This document shows, in pieces, positions 1-11,741 of a DNA stretch of 32,000 nucleotides. Below the pieces are notes generated by a model. It was not told the origin of the DNA and ran no database searches. It worked only from the letters and a program-made list of their open reading frames with translations. Each line of letters opens with the position of its first letter. Within the stretch, counting starts at the first letter, position 1. Made by a program: the position numbers and the translations under genes. Source of the stretch: Wallemia ichthyophaga EXF-994 (lineage: Eukaryota; Fungi; Basidiomycota); contig NW_008806282.1 in assembly GCF_000400465.1 (NCBI RefSeq), positions 60,001 through 92,000 on the forward strand, in the 5' to 3' direction.

Positions 1-643
1 GAGGATGGAAAAAAGCAACTAACCTTTAAAGCTTGAAATGCTAGAATTGGCGCACGCGTTTCAACGACATTAGATCTCGCTTCATCGTGGAGCAATAACG
101 TGTTTGCAATTGTAGTCAAGACTTCCAATTGGGCTTCAGATTGACACAATGGGTCAGACGATGAAATGTAGGATGGACGATGGGATTGTAATCTGCTAGT
201 GAGGGAGGGAGTTGATGTATTTGATTCACGAAACGACTTCCTCTCCATCACGCTCGATAAGCAATCTAATGCTTCAACAGTGGTGAGTGGTGTGGTTCCA
301 ATGGGAGAGCGCCCTAAGACCTTTATAACTTTCAGGGCAGCAAGTACAGCTGCGTCTGGTTTAGCGAGAATCCTAAATAATGGAGCAATGGAGCTCACTC
401 TGTAAATCCCACTTGTCAGATACACCGCCTGGCTTGAGATCTATAAGAAGCTGGCTTAAGAATGCATCCCTATCTTGAGAGCTTATCTCGCTGTATTCTT
501 TGAAATGGTGAGATATGTAGAAATCAACGAGCGAATAACGAACCAAGAAAGCCAATGAATATTTCAGCTGACTGGAATGCTGATTTCTCAATAGGCTGCA
601 ACGATCTGTAATGCGATGCCTGTAGGATGTGTGAGAATGCCAT
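1..643 (-). CDS. RIC8: Ric-8/synembryn-like G-alpha GEF/chaperone, 5' portion (continues beyond window start)
   Basis: Not in the ORF track as one piece. The intron at 356-398 (GTGAGC...CTAAACCAG, 43 nt) joins ...DKWDLQ to NAAVLAALKVIKVLGRSPIGTTPLTTVEAL...LEVLTTIANTLLLHDEAR. This resembles the Ric-8 N-terminal motifs (LKxxGRxP; LxxLANxLLL). The start at 643 and the first intron are less certain. Confidence 0.65.
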
Positions 644-1274
644 AGCGATAACAAGTAATTGAACCGACGAATCCCATATGATATCGCTGATTTAAACTTT
701 CATGATCTCTTTTCGTCAACTCCTTCTGAAAATATCCACTGAACCTTTTCATTGCGTGGTCGACAAGCTCCTCGAATTCCAACGCAGCACATTTCGGCGG
801 TAAAATAATTACATGATTGTGACTACAGAGAAATTATATTCTGCACGCTAGGAGTACGTGCTAAGCAGCTGTGCCCTTGCGTTTATCCACTCTCTTTACA
901 ATGTGATCACGGAGAAACTAAGGAGTTCAAGAATGTGTTTCATATTCGTTGTAAAATGATTAGAATATACTAAAGGCCTTGCAAATAAAACCCGGTAGCC
1001 TCTCGACGACGTTCTGCTGTAGCGCACGTCAATCAGCGGATGTCGGAACGTGTCTTCTTCCAATAGGAACGCTTGCGAAACTAATAATAGCTTCATAAAA
1101 TGTTTGGACATGTCTTATTGGTTTTGATTTTCACATGGCATGCAAAGTTTCTTAAAATCACATTGCACATTGCACCCTGATGCAGTTACAAACTTGGGAG
1201 GCTTTTAGTTGTTATTTGAATATTTCACATCTTTTCATACAAGGTTAAAGCAAGAATTGCACTCAAGCAACAGA

Positions 1275-3113
1275 TCACTTGGCCTTACGCTTGAGAAGAC
1301 TGTCACCGTAAAGCTTCTTGGCGTACTGCTCTTTCATTCTTGCCATGCATTCCTTGTTGGCTTCCTTCTCATCAATCATAGGCTCTGGATAGTCTTTCCC
1401 GATTTTCTGAAAATGTGTTAGATCGTCCTCCTACGCATGGCTCACTCACACATCCAGCCTTCTTCTGCACATCTTCAGGTGCTTCCCAAGGCTTGTAGAT
1501 ATATTTGTCCGGATATTCCTTCAGCTCTGGTACGTACTTCCTGACTAATTTGCCCGTCTTGTCATATTTGGAGGGAAAGGTCGTCATACCATAATTTCTG
1601 TAGTATTGGTGGAAAAATGCTGAACAAGATAACCACATCCAATTGCCAGCGTTGGAAGCTGGGTCTTGGTCAACCAAGTACCTATCAAATACCTCAGCAC
1701 CTCTCTCCCAGCTAATATACAATTGACCTCGGGTGAGGAAACCCGCAACACAGTGTCTGGCGAGATGGTGCATCCAGCCTTCTTGCTTGAGCTGACGCAT
1801 AGCCGCATCGACCCATGGAAATCCTGTGTTGCCATGCTTCCACTTCTCGAGAGCTTCCTCGTCCTCTTTCGATCCTTTTGGACGGGGGAAAATCTTCTCA
1901 CCATCCTCGTCATAAGCGTTGCAGAGCTTCCAGTCTATGACTCTGCATATTTTATTCCCTCTTATCTGTCCGAAAGGCTTTCCAATGCCCAGTTGAGCTG
2001 CGAAATACATCTCTCTAAAGATAAGTTGTCCTGGAAGATTTTCAGGCTCGGAGCTAGTTTCGCCATCATAGTTCTCCATCAGATCAACGACCCTCCAGTA
2101 GAACTCACGCACACCCAACGCGCCGAACTTTATATAGGGCGACAATTGTGTAGTGGCCGGAGGATCGTACTCTGAGGGAGATGTTTGAGGCTTGCGGAAT
2201 GTAGCTGTTGCGTCCTTATCTTTGATCCACTTGTCAAGACGTCTAAGTGCCTCATCTTCACCACCAGGAATCTGCGTAGTTGCATCCTCTGAATCCAGAC
2301 CCAACTCTTCCAGAGAAGGTGGTTCCAGTGAGTCTTTTGGGCCTGTAACTGAGTCGTAAGCCGTCATCTTGCCCTTGCGATGCTCTTCGTTGACGTCATG
2401 ATCTGACTTTACCTTTTTAACTTCCTTTTTAATTGCATCCAACTTGAGATCATCTGCTTTTGGCACATCTTTTGGTGCTTGAAGGGGACGCTCGATTTTC
2501 ATATCCTTAGCCGCGGCTTTGAAAGCCGTTGCAGATGTAATTGTCTTACCCTTCTGCTTTTCAACGATGGCGTCGATATCGTAAAGTGTGTGTCCAGTGA
2601 TATCTAAAACTTCCACGTTTGCATCTTTTGCTAGTTTCTTGATACTTTCGTCGCGCTCGATCGCGTATGGCGCTGGATCCTGCAGCTGTCAGGGCGCGTT
2701 TGACTGACGTCATAGATACCCACTTTTTCATAAACAAGGTGTGTGATATTCCACTGCTTGAATAGCACAGGGAATAGGTCGGCTGGGGCAGCTCTAAACA
2801 CGTGAAGCTTGTTGCCCATCTTGCTCAGTTTTTTGTCTATCTCTTTCATGGACTCGGTCAGGAATTTGTATCTGCTGAGTGAGATGGAGCAGCGAGATGA
2901 GAGTTGGCCTACCTATTTGGACCAACTGGGCATTCAAAGTTGAAGTAGGGATCCCAGGTCCATACCTTTACTCAATCAGGGACGAAAAGTACCGATAAAA
3001 CCTAAACCTACGGGGAAGAACACCTCAGGCTTGAGTTCCAATCCTTTTAGAAGCGCAGGTGCATCGTGCAACCTCAAGTCAGTTCTAAACCAGTGTAATA
3101 CGCGTGCTGGCAT
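1275..3113 (-). CDS. (6-4) photolyase / animal-type cryptochrome family flavoprotein (4 introns)
   Basis: The N-terminus is MPARVLHWFRTDLRLHDAPAL (ATG 3113). FAD-domain motifs TQLSPYIKFG, GFPWVDAAMRQLKQEGWMHHLARH, FLTRGQLYISWERG and NAGNWMWLSCSAFF are present. The last exon KIGKDYPEPMID...KAK* ends at 1275. Both His of the HHLARH (6-4) repair motif are retained. Confidence 0.93.
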
Positions 3114-3363
3114 TAGTGTGGCGTGAGTGGTGAGTGAAGGAAGATAATCTTAGCTGAGAATCAAATAGATTACGTTATGACATTCAAAGTATATTTATGA
3201 CAATGTATTTGAAAATGCTGATTTTTGCTAAGTGTCCGTCTAATTAAGTTATTCTAGGTAATGATCACTAATGATCACGCTTTTAGGTTGTCTAATAAGA
3301 ATTATCGCAAGTTTAATCGTATATTGGGTTACTATGCAGGTAGTTTTTAGATTGTAAAGGTCT

Positions 3364-5460
3364 TCAAACTCTCTCCCACTCTTCAGGTTCGGGCCAACGA
3401 GAAGTAAACCAATTGCCCATCAATTCATTGATTGCGGGTATGTCTTTCTCCTTCTTGACGTCATCATTAAGGCAGATAAATGTGGTATCTTGGTGTGTAT
3501 CTGCCATATCAAGTTGCTGTTTTAGTTGAGATGGATTGTACACTTTCGTGAACTGTGACGGCGTTTCACCAAATACGTGGTTGTATCTCATTATCAGCCT
3601 TGCTGCAAATGACCTGGGTGACGTTTCCCCGTCTAAGACAGTGTTCAATTTAAAATCAGCGTCGTGCCAGTCGTCGTTCAGTGGAAGATTTGGAACCCCA
3701 CTAAACTGTTTAAGGCTGTCTTTAGGTGGTAGAAAGATTTCCAAACCTTTGCTACCTCCTTGTGAGATTAACTGAGTGATTACTAACCCTTCTGTCAGCT
3801 GCATCGGGATATTCCGAAAGTACTTACTGCAATCACCGCAATCACCATATTGTTCGAATGCAATATGCTTAAACAACTCTTCGGCTGTACTTCCTTGCTT
3901 GAAGCATTGCTCTTTTGTAATTGTGCAAGCTTTCAACCGTTTATCATCTCTCAAATCAGGCCACCCATGGCGACTGAGCAATCTATGCCATATTTGTCGA
4001 AGATAACCAGGACCATAGCCATCCATACTTGAAAATGCATACTCGGTGTTGAGTGGTTTGGGTATATGTGCATTATTCAGAGTTTTTTCGAGCTCTTCAT
4101 CCTCAACCGTCACTCTATGTGGAACGTAAACTTGGTGCTTCAACGACTCACCGCCTGTGAGTTCACTCCACATTTTATCTGTGTCGATTACTTGATTGGA
4201 AGCGCCCCATTTTCCTACTATCCATGACCACAGCAGAGCCTCACGATGTCGCTCAGTTATGAACCATGAAGCAAAAAAGAAGGATTGGATAGCCCAAGGA
4301 GCATCTTTTGTATTTCTGAATCGTGCTAATGTGACGTTGTTGAATGAGTTGTCAAACATTATGGCAGCCTCATTGAGGATGGGCAGCGACAGACTGCGAG
4401 CGTGATGTGCGATATAGGGTCTCCACCTCATACCGAACCGTCTTCCCAGAACCCAAGACGATCTAGCAATAGCGACACCTTCGCCATTCCGTGATCCTAG
4501 AGGCTTTTCTTGTGGAACGTACATACTGTAACTTAAACTACGCAGAACTGGACCGTGAAGTGGGGAGTAGTAGTCGCTGACCTCGTTATTCTTAAGTGTA
4601 AAAAAGTCATCGTTGTGGTAAACTATAGTGTCTGATTGGGCGTCTATGTTGTGCATTTGACCTTCTATAGCAAATGAGTTGAAAGTTGGAAGTGAGGCGG
4701 CCCTCCATTCAGCATTGAGATTATTCAGCTGATCTTCTGTTAATGATTGAGACTCGGGAATCGTAGGCATACGCCGGAAGAAGTTGAAGTGATGGTGCAT
4801 TTCAACCTTTTCATGATCGTTCAACCAAAACGGATGCTGTGCAATCTGGTTACCACCTTCCGGTGAGTCGTACGAGGAAGCAAGAATATGATACTGTCCA
4901 ACATTCTGTCCAACTGAGCGTTCGATTGATCTGAGTGCGTATCTAAGTTCATCGTGTTCTTGATAGCGGTGCTGGCTATCAACTTTCTGATCAGAGAATG
5001 CTTGCAAGGCAGAGATCTGCACGGGATCGCTGTCAATTTGTTAGGAATGTGATTGATCGCTCAATCGAAACGCTTACCTTCCGTTGACCCAGGGGAAGAC
5101 AGGATCGATAGTGCTAAATTTCTTAATATCAACGTCTTTGCAATGCTCCCCCCAAATTCCAGCCCCAATCCACTCGTCCACGCAGAGATCTGGCAACGCT
5201 TGATGAAACTTGATAGGTCGTACAGCTCTAGAGGCAGAATTTGGAGGATTTGAGCTGGAAAATACCTCGTGGCTCTCATCCTGTCCAACAACGATCAATT
5301 TGTATATCTCTTTAACCTCGCCATTCCCTTTGTATGTGTATACAATCAACAGGAGCAACAGGACAGGAATGGCGAGTAACTTGGTGGCATTGTTCTTCAC
5401 GCTTGCTTGTGTTATAGGCAGCGGCAAGTATCCATTATGCCTGAATTTACTGAAGACCAT
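3364..5460 (-). CDS. Stealth-family sugar-phosphotransferase (Xpt1/GNPTA/XcbA-like), type II membrane protein
   Basis: N-terminal TM segment (LLAIPVLLLLLIVY), CR1 IDPVFPWVNG|SD (intron GTAAGC...CTAACAAATTGACAG), CR2 ELRYALRSI...NSFAIE...YHNDDFF, and CR4 FICLNDD. A second short intron probably lies at ~3780-3830. Confidence 0.85.
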
Positions 5461-5770
5461 CTCAGCTGCTCACTGCATAGATCAAAAGTCGGCCACAGCG
5501 AGATCGACTGCTTAGACCAAGTCAAAATTTATTGACGTTGCCGCTTTGTAATTGCGTGTGCATGTAAGTGCTTGAATATCTAAATTATTATCTATATCAA
5601 TTTGTGTTTATAACATCACATCCAGCTCTATATGTTTAATTTTCCGAGCGCAAAAATTAGGAAGAAAGCTTTTGTAGAGCTGCTTTAAGGCATTATGCAC
5701 TTCAGAAAAAGAAATACACCAGCTTGATTTTCAACCTTAGTCAAATTTTCAGCTACAATTTACAATACAA

Positions 5771-6796
5771 TTACAACTCAAAAACACATTCCAGAGTAGC
5801 CGGATCAACGAACTGGATACATTTGAGTCTATGGAGAAGATGTCAGTCACATTCCTCGCAAATGCCAGGTGCATGAGCCCACCTTCCATCAATCACTAGA
5901 GTCGTTGCCGGGTCGACCTCGCCGTCTTCGCTCACGCCAGCATTCATTATAATGTAGTTGATACTGGACGCGTCAATTAGTGAAACAAACGAACGAGCGT
6001 CCTAACCCACGTATTCAATGTCTCATCAACAACATCACAAACTGTAATTCCCTCGTCGTTCTCAACTCTGCTGACGTGATCGCCTACGTGAAGGTCGAGT
6101 TTATGCTGAGGAGGTTCTGTCGCCATACAGTAGTACGTCTGAGGATGGTCTACTAGTTTTTCCCGATAAACATTGTCTGGCAGAATAACCTCCACGCTGT
6201 CGAGCGTTGTGCACGACCTATTGAACCAGAGTGCGGCGAGTGAAGGGTGTGCTTTTACTGTCCTCACTTTGCTGCGTGAACGACTCCTGCTACGTGATCT
6301 TGAGTTGGATTCTTGTCTTAGAGACCTGCTAGAATTCCCTGTACTAATTTAACATTATGAGGCGAGGGAGTAATTCAAACTCACTAAGCGGTCTGACCAT
6401 ATCGACAGCCTCTTCAGGATGCTCGACTTGCATATGGGCCATTTCTGCATCCACCTCTTCCAGAACGTCATCTTCCTCACTGGATGACTGTGTTTTCCAA
6501 TTGATCGGTCCTCTTCTGCCTCTGCTTCGCTCCTCACTGGCTGCTCTCTTGCCAATGCTTTGGAATGTATCTCTCACGCCATTTCTGTGCACTGAGCGCG
6601 ACCTGCTCCTCGATCTTGATCTGTCTGGTCTGCCTATTCTTGCATTGGCTGACACAGCTTTCCAGCTCAAGTTGTCGTCGAATAGCTCCCGCAGCGTACT
6701 GCAACTCTGCGATAGCATGTCCAACGAGGCTGGGTCTAGATACTCTGGCAACAACAGCAATATCTCTGACGGCAATTCAAGTAGACTGTAGCTCAT
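5771..6796 (-). CDS. F-box protein with two RS-dipeptide tracts and an unrecognised C-terminal domain (3 introns)
   Basis: The N-terminus MSYSLLELPSEILLLLPEYLDPASLDMLSQSCSTLRELF is an F-box pattern. GT-AG introns join ORFs 6344-6826 and 5977-6267 and two short 3' exons in frame, ending ...FVDPATLECVFEL* at 5771. Confidence 0.75.
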
Positions 6797-7005
6797 CGTT
6801 GTTGGTTTGAAACAAGTGGAATTCATATCCGTGTGGATGACATCACTCTCACTCTTCCCCGCCTCACGCTATCCGCGAACCGCTTGAAGCGAGCGTCTAA
6901 ATTTGCCAAGACTGTCAATTTCATTGTGTTTATTTCTACATTACACGTGATAGCGTGTTCATGTTAAATCAATGTGTCATTCTGATACAAGTAAATCAAG
7001 TAAAA

Positions 7006-9769
7006 TTAAAGATTATTTACAGACGTTGAACTCCTCAAATGAGAAGCATTTCTACGTATGCTGTTCCGTAAATTGGCTCGAACGCCTCCTGAACGTGTAG
7101 ACACGTCGTCCGATATTTGATTGCTATGTCTCATAGAGGCTTGTATAGCTGCTTCAGTTTGGGCTATTTCCATAGCATCTGTGTTTGCGCTAGAAAGGTC
7201 TTCCTGTCTCACTCTCCTCCTTCTTCTCCGTCTTGGCAGTGTAGTGAGCTTCGGCATTGGACGATGGTCCAAATCTACTGATACATTGGTAGATGCTTGT
7301 AGTGCCTTTTTGTATACGTTAGATTTATATCTTTTCATATACTATATACCCACCTCAATCCAGTCTATCACTGATGACTGGTCGTATGCCTGTATAAGAA
7401 ATTGCTCCTTGACACCCTTGTCAGACAGCAAACGAACTCTAATAACATTCCGTCGCTTGACATAGTCTGCTGCAAGGCCGCTTTCGGCATTTTGTAACGA
7501 ATATTTCCGCAGTAAAGTTGGTGCATACTTGACGTTATTCGCAGGTGCATTTATATGATTTTGGAATGATGGTCTTTGCGCAAGAAGTTGTGGTAGCGCA
7601 GGTACTGGAGGAATAGGGGCATCTGCCGGAGGTGGTTCATGTACATAAGCACTTTCAACATCTGCTTCATTAAGATCGTTAATTTCTGAAGAAAGCAGTG
7701 CACGACCGTGATCCCATTTGTCTGCTTTGTATATTTTCAATACCGTACCATGTAATACCACGTAGACTCTCCTCCATGTCCTGTCTCTCGCTTGGTTGCC
7801 AGGTGACGTAAACTCCATCTTGCGTGGCATTAGTCCTTCAATATGTATACCACACTTATATTTCGGTAGCTTCTCTCTGCCCTCTTCCTCGCGAGGTCTT
7901 ATTATCCTCCTTATTCCACCAAAAATTGTCTCACGTAATGCAACCTCGTCGTACTGTGGAGGTGCCACCATCATATTTGGAAGCGACAATCTCCTCTTGG
8001 CTGCGTTAGGTGTTCCATGGGCGGGCAACGGTGTAATTGGGGGAGGTGGACTGAGTGGCGTGCTATTGAATATCTCCTTCCAATTACGACGCTCTTGCTC
8101 CATCTGAGCCGAGTGTGCTGTTGCAGGTGACGTTGGTGGGCTAGTACCGACGCCAATCTCGCGCGTACTTGAACTACTCTGAACCAAATCGTCGACCTCA
8201 ACAACTGGACTGGATGGTACTTGGGCTCTTTCCTTTCCTTTGAGAGTAATGTCTTTCTCGCCATTCAGCGGAGAGTTCAGCCCTACTCCTAATCCCTCGA
8301 TCACTTGAGGCGATTGAAAGGAGGATAGGTCTGTAAGTGACCGAGACATTTGCCTGCCGCAGGTTTTGGTACTTGCTACTGCGAGCGATGGAGCTTCATC
8401 AATAACATCCTTGTTAAGTTGAGTGACGTCTTTGTGAGACGTTGTCCGGTTTGGTATACTAGTTTGGGTGGGTTGTGTAGGTTGTAAAGGTTGCTTTGGT
8501 TGCGGTGGTGGTGGAGACGAGTCGACGCTGGTCAGCATGATTGAACTCGTTAATCTTCGCAATGCCTCTGGTGACCGTGAGCCTTCTTTGGCAGAGTCCT
8601 CTGATGGGCGAGCATCGTCTAGAGTACTTTGAGTGTTTTGCCTTGATCTCTGCTGAACGGTGACTGAGGATGCAGTTCGCTGATTCAACTTTGGTGGCAG
8701 CACGGAGGATGATTTTCCTGGAGTGCCATTGGCACCTGGGGATATTGGAATGGCACGAGGTGTTTGTGGGGGCACGAGAGCATTTGAAGGCGGCAGGCTA
8801 AAGTAATCGGTCGTTGGTGCATGTGGAGCACTTGGTCGCCTATATTGTTCTACTTGCTCGTCTTCGCCGTCGTCATCCTCAAAGCTATCTTCACTGTCGA
8901 TATCCTCAAGTTCGGAAGCTTCGGCAGTTTCGGCGTTCTCGTGGCTCTGCGAAGCTTGCACAGTAGATGAAGGGGGCTTTGAAGGATCAGCTGAGCCACG
9001 GGCGAGCGTGGGGAGTTGCCGAGCAGCTCTACGGACGTCTCTTGGCGAAGTTGGAGGAGTCGCGTGACTGATGAACTGATCACGAATCGGCGGTGGAGGC
9101 TGCGCTAAAGGATTGAAGGGAGAGAAAGTGGGAAGACTGAGACCTTTAGGCGTGGAAACTCCTGTGATTTATTTAGTGAAGCGCTATGACATAAAGTAAT
9201 AGCTCACTTGGTATAGGCGAGAAAGTGGATAAATCTGGGGGAGCCAAAACATCATTTTCAGGTGACAAGGGTTGTTCACGGATGCTTTCTTGGTTATTCT
9301 GTGGCTGTGGCTGCTCCGACTCGAGCTCTTCGCTGTAGTTTGGCGGGTGATCGGTATGTGGGACACCGTGGGGCACCTCAGTATCGCTGTGCTGCTCGTG
9401 GTGCTGCTCGTGATGCTCAACATCGCTGATCCTAGGGCTATTGGAAGGCTGTGAACTAAAATTGGAAGCGTGCTTATCGGCTAGGGAATAAGTTAGCGTG
9501 CGAGTGTGGATAGGCAGAGCGAACGCACCCTTTGAGGAAACATTAACATTCTCATTGCTGCTGTTCTTATTTGATTGATCGACTGGGATTATTGGACTCG
9601 TATCGCTATTCATTCCACCCAGATTGTTGTATAGGGATCCTCGTTTCGGCGGAATGAGAGCTGCTCTAACTGCAGAAGCGATGTGATGCTGGTGCTGCTC
9701 AATCTCCTCCTTATTGTCTGTAGATTGCTGATTCTGCTGCTGCGTACGCTTCTTGAACAGATTCTTCAT
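7006..9769 (-). CDS. Fungal PH-domain protein (YHR131C/YNL144C-like) with long disordered N-terminus (2 introns)
   Basis: Motifs LPKY...RKMEF...RDRTWRRVYVVLHGTVLKIY, KYSLQNAESGLAADYVKRRNVIRVR...EQFLIQA...IDWIE|ALQASTNVSVDLDHRPMP, then a poly-Arg tract. Introns at ~9165-9208 and ~7306-7351 restore the frame. The ATG is at 9769. Confidence 0.8.
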
Positions 9770-10059
9770 CAACGTAGTTATTCAATAGCTGTGGCGTGTA
9801 TATCGCGTGCCAGTCTAACCGAATTCTTGGTTATTCATGTCAACAATTCCAATCCAAATCCCTTCCATTATCCCACTTACCAATTTATATCGGCGAATCG
9901 TCGTTGAGGATTGAAACGCTTCCCTGGTTAATCGTTAATCGCAATGACGAGGTGAGATATTTTGTTTTTTAAAAAAAATAAGTTATAAATCTCAAACATC
10001 ACAGAAATAAGGGAAAATCTCGGGAAATTGTTGACGACGAGCAGCTTCTAGGCCACGAG

Positions 10060-11571
10060 ATGCATCATCTTAGCACCGACGACGACGCCGACAAAGATCG
10101 CGAGCATGTCAGCGACTGGTCCACGTTCTGGGGTGAACCTGATCCCTCTGAATCCAATGGGATTCGCTCAAAGTATCTTTCTCCTTTTTCTCCCTTGCTA
10201 TTCGCTAACTCCCACTTAGTTGGAAGAAGAACTTATACCAGCTCTTACAAGAACCTACAAGCTCACAAGGCGCTTTCACAATACACATATGTGTCACTCT
10301 TCTCATCGTTATCGCTGCCCTTCTCACCATTCTCGAGACTATACCCAGCTTCAGAGCGATAGATTCGCGCATTTGGTTCGGTTTTGAGACTGCTATCGTC
10401 GTAATTTTCACAATTGAGTACTTTGCTAGAATCGCTGCTCACTCTGATTCTTGGGTCCGTCTTATTCTCTTCGGTTATCTCGCCGCTAACCCTACTCAAG
10501 TCAATGCTCTGGAGATGGTCAAAATCCTTTTTTGCTCTTATAGATCTCGCTTCTATTCTTCCTTACTACATTGAAGTTGCTATACAAACCGACGCAGTAT
10601 GTTCAATTGTCCAAATGTCTTACTTGTCTCACAGCTGACGCCTTACCACAAAGTCCAACTTCTTCCATTTTTCGATACTGCGGACGTTTCGACTACTCAG
10701 AGTCTTCAGAGCCTTCAGATGTATGTTCATCTTCCCTGACCGTTGTTGAGAGCCTAATCTCTGCTTCAGACTCGAGTAAACTGTTACTCACCATTGAAGT
10801 GATGGTGCTATCTTTCAAGAGATCTGCAGATGCACTCATTGCACTGTCTTTCCTGGTCTGTACCCTCGTCGCATTATTCGCTACCTTTTTATACTTTATT
10901 GAACGTGGAAGCTGGGACGCAAATCTTGAACAATTCATGAATAGCGACGGCCAGCCTTCTTCTTTTGAAAGTATACCTGCTGCAGCTTGGTAAGGTGCTT
11001 ATTTCTATTTGAGAACCAGCTAAAATCATCCTTTAGGTTTGTTCTGGTCACCATTTCCACAGTCGGTTATGGTGAAGTTACGCCAACGACTACGATAGGA
11101 AGATTAATTACTCTACCTTTGCTTGTGTTTGGGTTACTGCTGATTGCTTTACCTTCTTTTGTCTTGGGGAGGAACTTCTCGATTGGTTGGTGGTTACTGT
11201 ACGTCTAAATACAACACTGACACAGCAAACTAGTATGGGACACTGTCACATCACACCATAACACAGAGACAATACCTAAGAAACGCAATTACACAGCTGT
11301 TCCAACAGCAGCAGGTTTCGATATTCCATCTGAGCCAGAACCAATTTTCGACTCGCGCCAACCTTATGGTAGTTCCGACAATACAGCACTCAGACCTAAT
11401 ATGGACAACAGGCATAATACACAAACTGAAGAGAATTATTTAGCTAGTACAAGCACAATGAGTAATGAATCGAATGTTGTTGATGAAGTAAAGTCACTCA
11501 GACTAGCAATAAATCAGCAGTCTCGCGATATCAGAATTCTCATGGATGCTCTGTCGCAGCGGCAGATTTAG
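10060..11571 (+). CDS. Six-TM voltage-gated potassium channel (Kv-like), about 6 introns
   Basis: The spliced product has S1-S3 (LYQLLQEPTSS...LETIP; FTIEYFARI; IDLASILPYY), S4 LRTFRLLRVFRAFR, pore SIPAAAWFVLVTISTVGYGEVTP (TVGYG filter) and S6 GLLLIALPSFVLG. The last exon ends ...DALSQRQI* at 11571. Confidence 0.88.
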
Positions 11572-11741
11572 TTCTATTCCACCTTGCTGATCTTGCTGTT
11601 TTGATTCGGATAAATTTGTAATTTGCAATTTGCAATATAGTAATATGTATCTTAACTCTCAACTAACGTTACAAAAGTAACGCAAGTTCTAGACAGGATC
11701 ATGATAGCATTGATACCCAATCCCGTTGAATTACTCAACAT

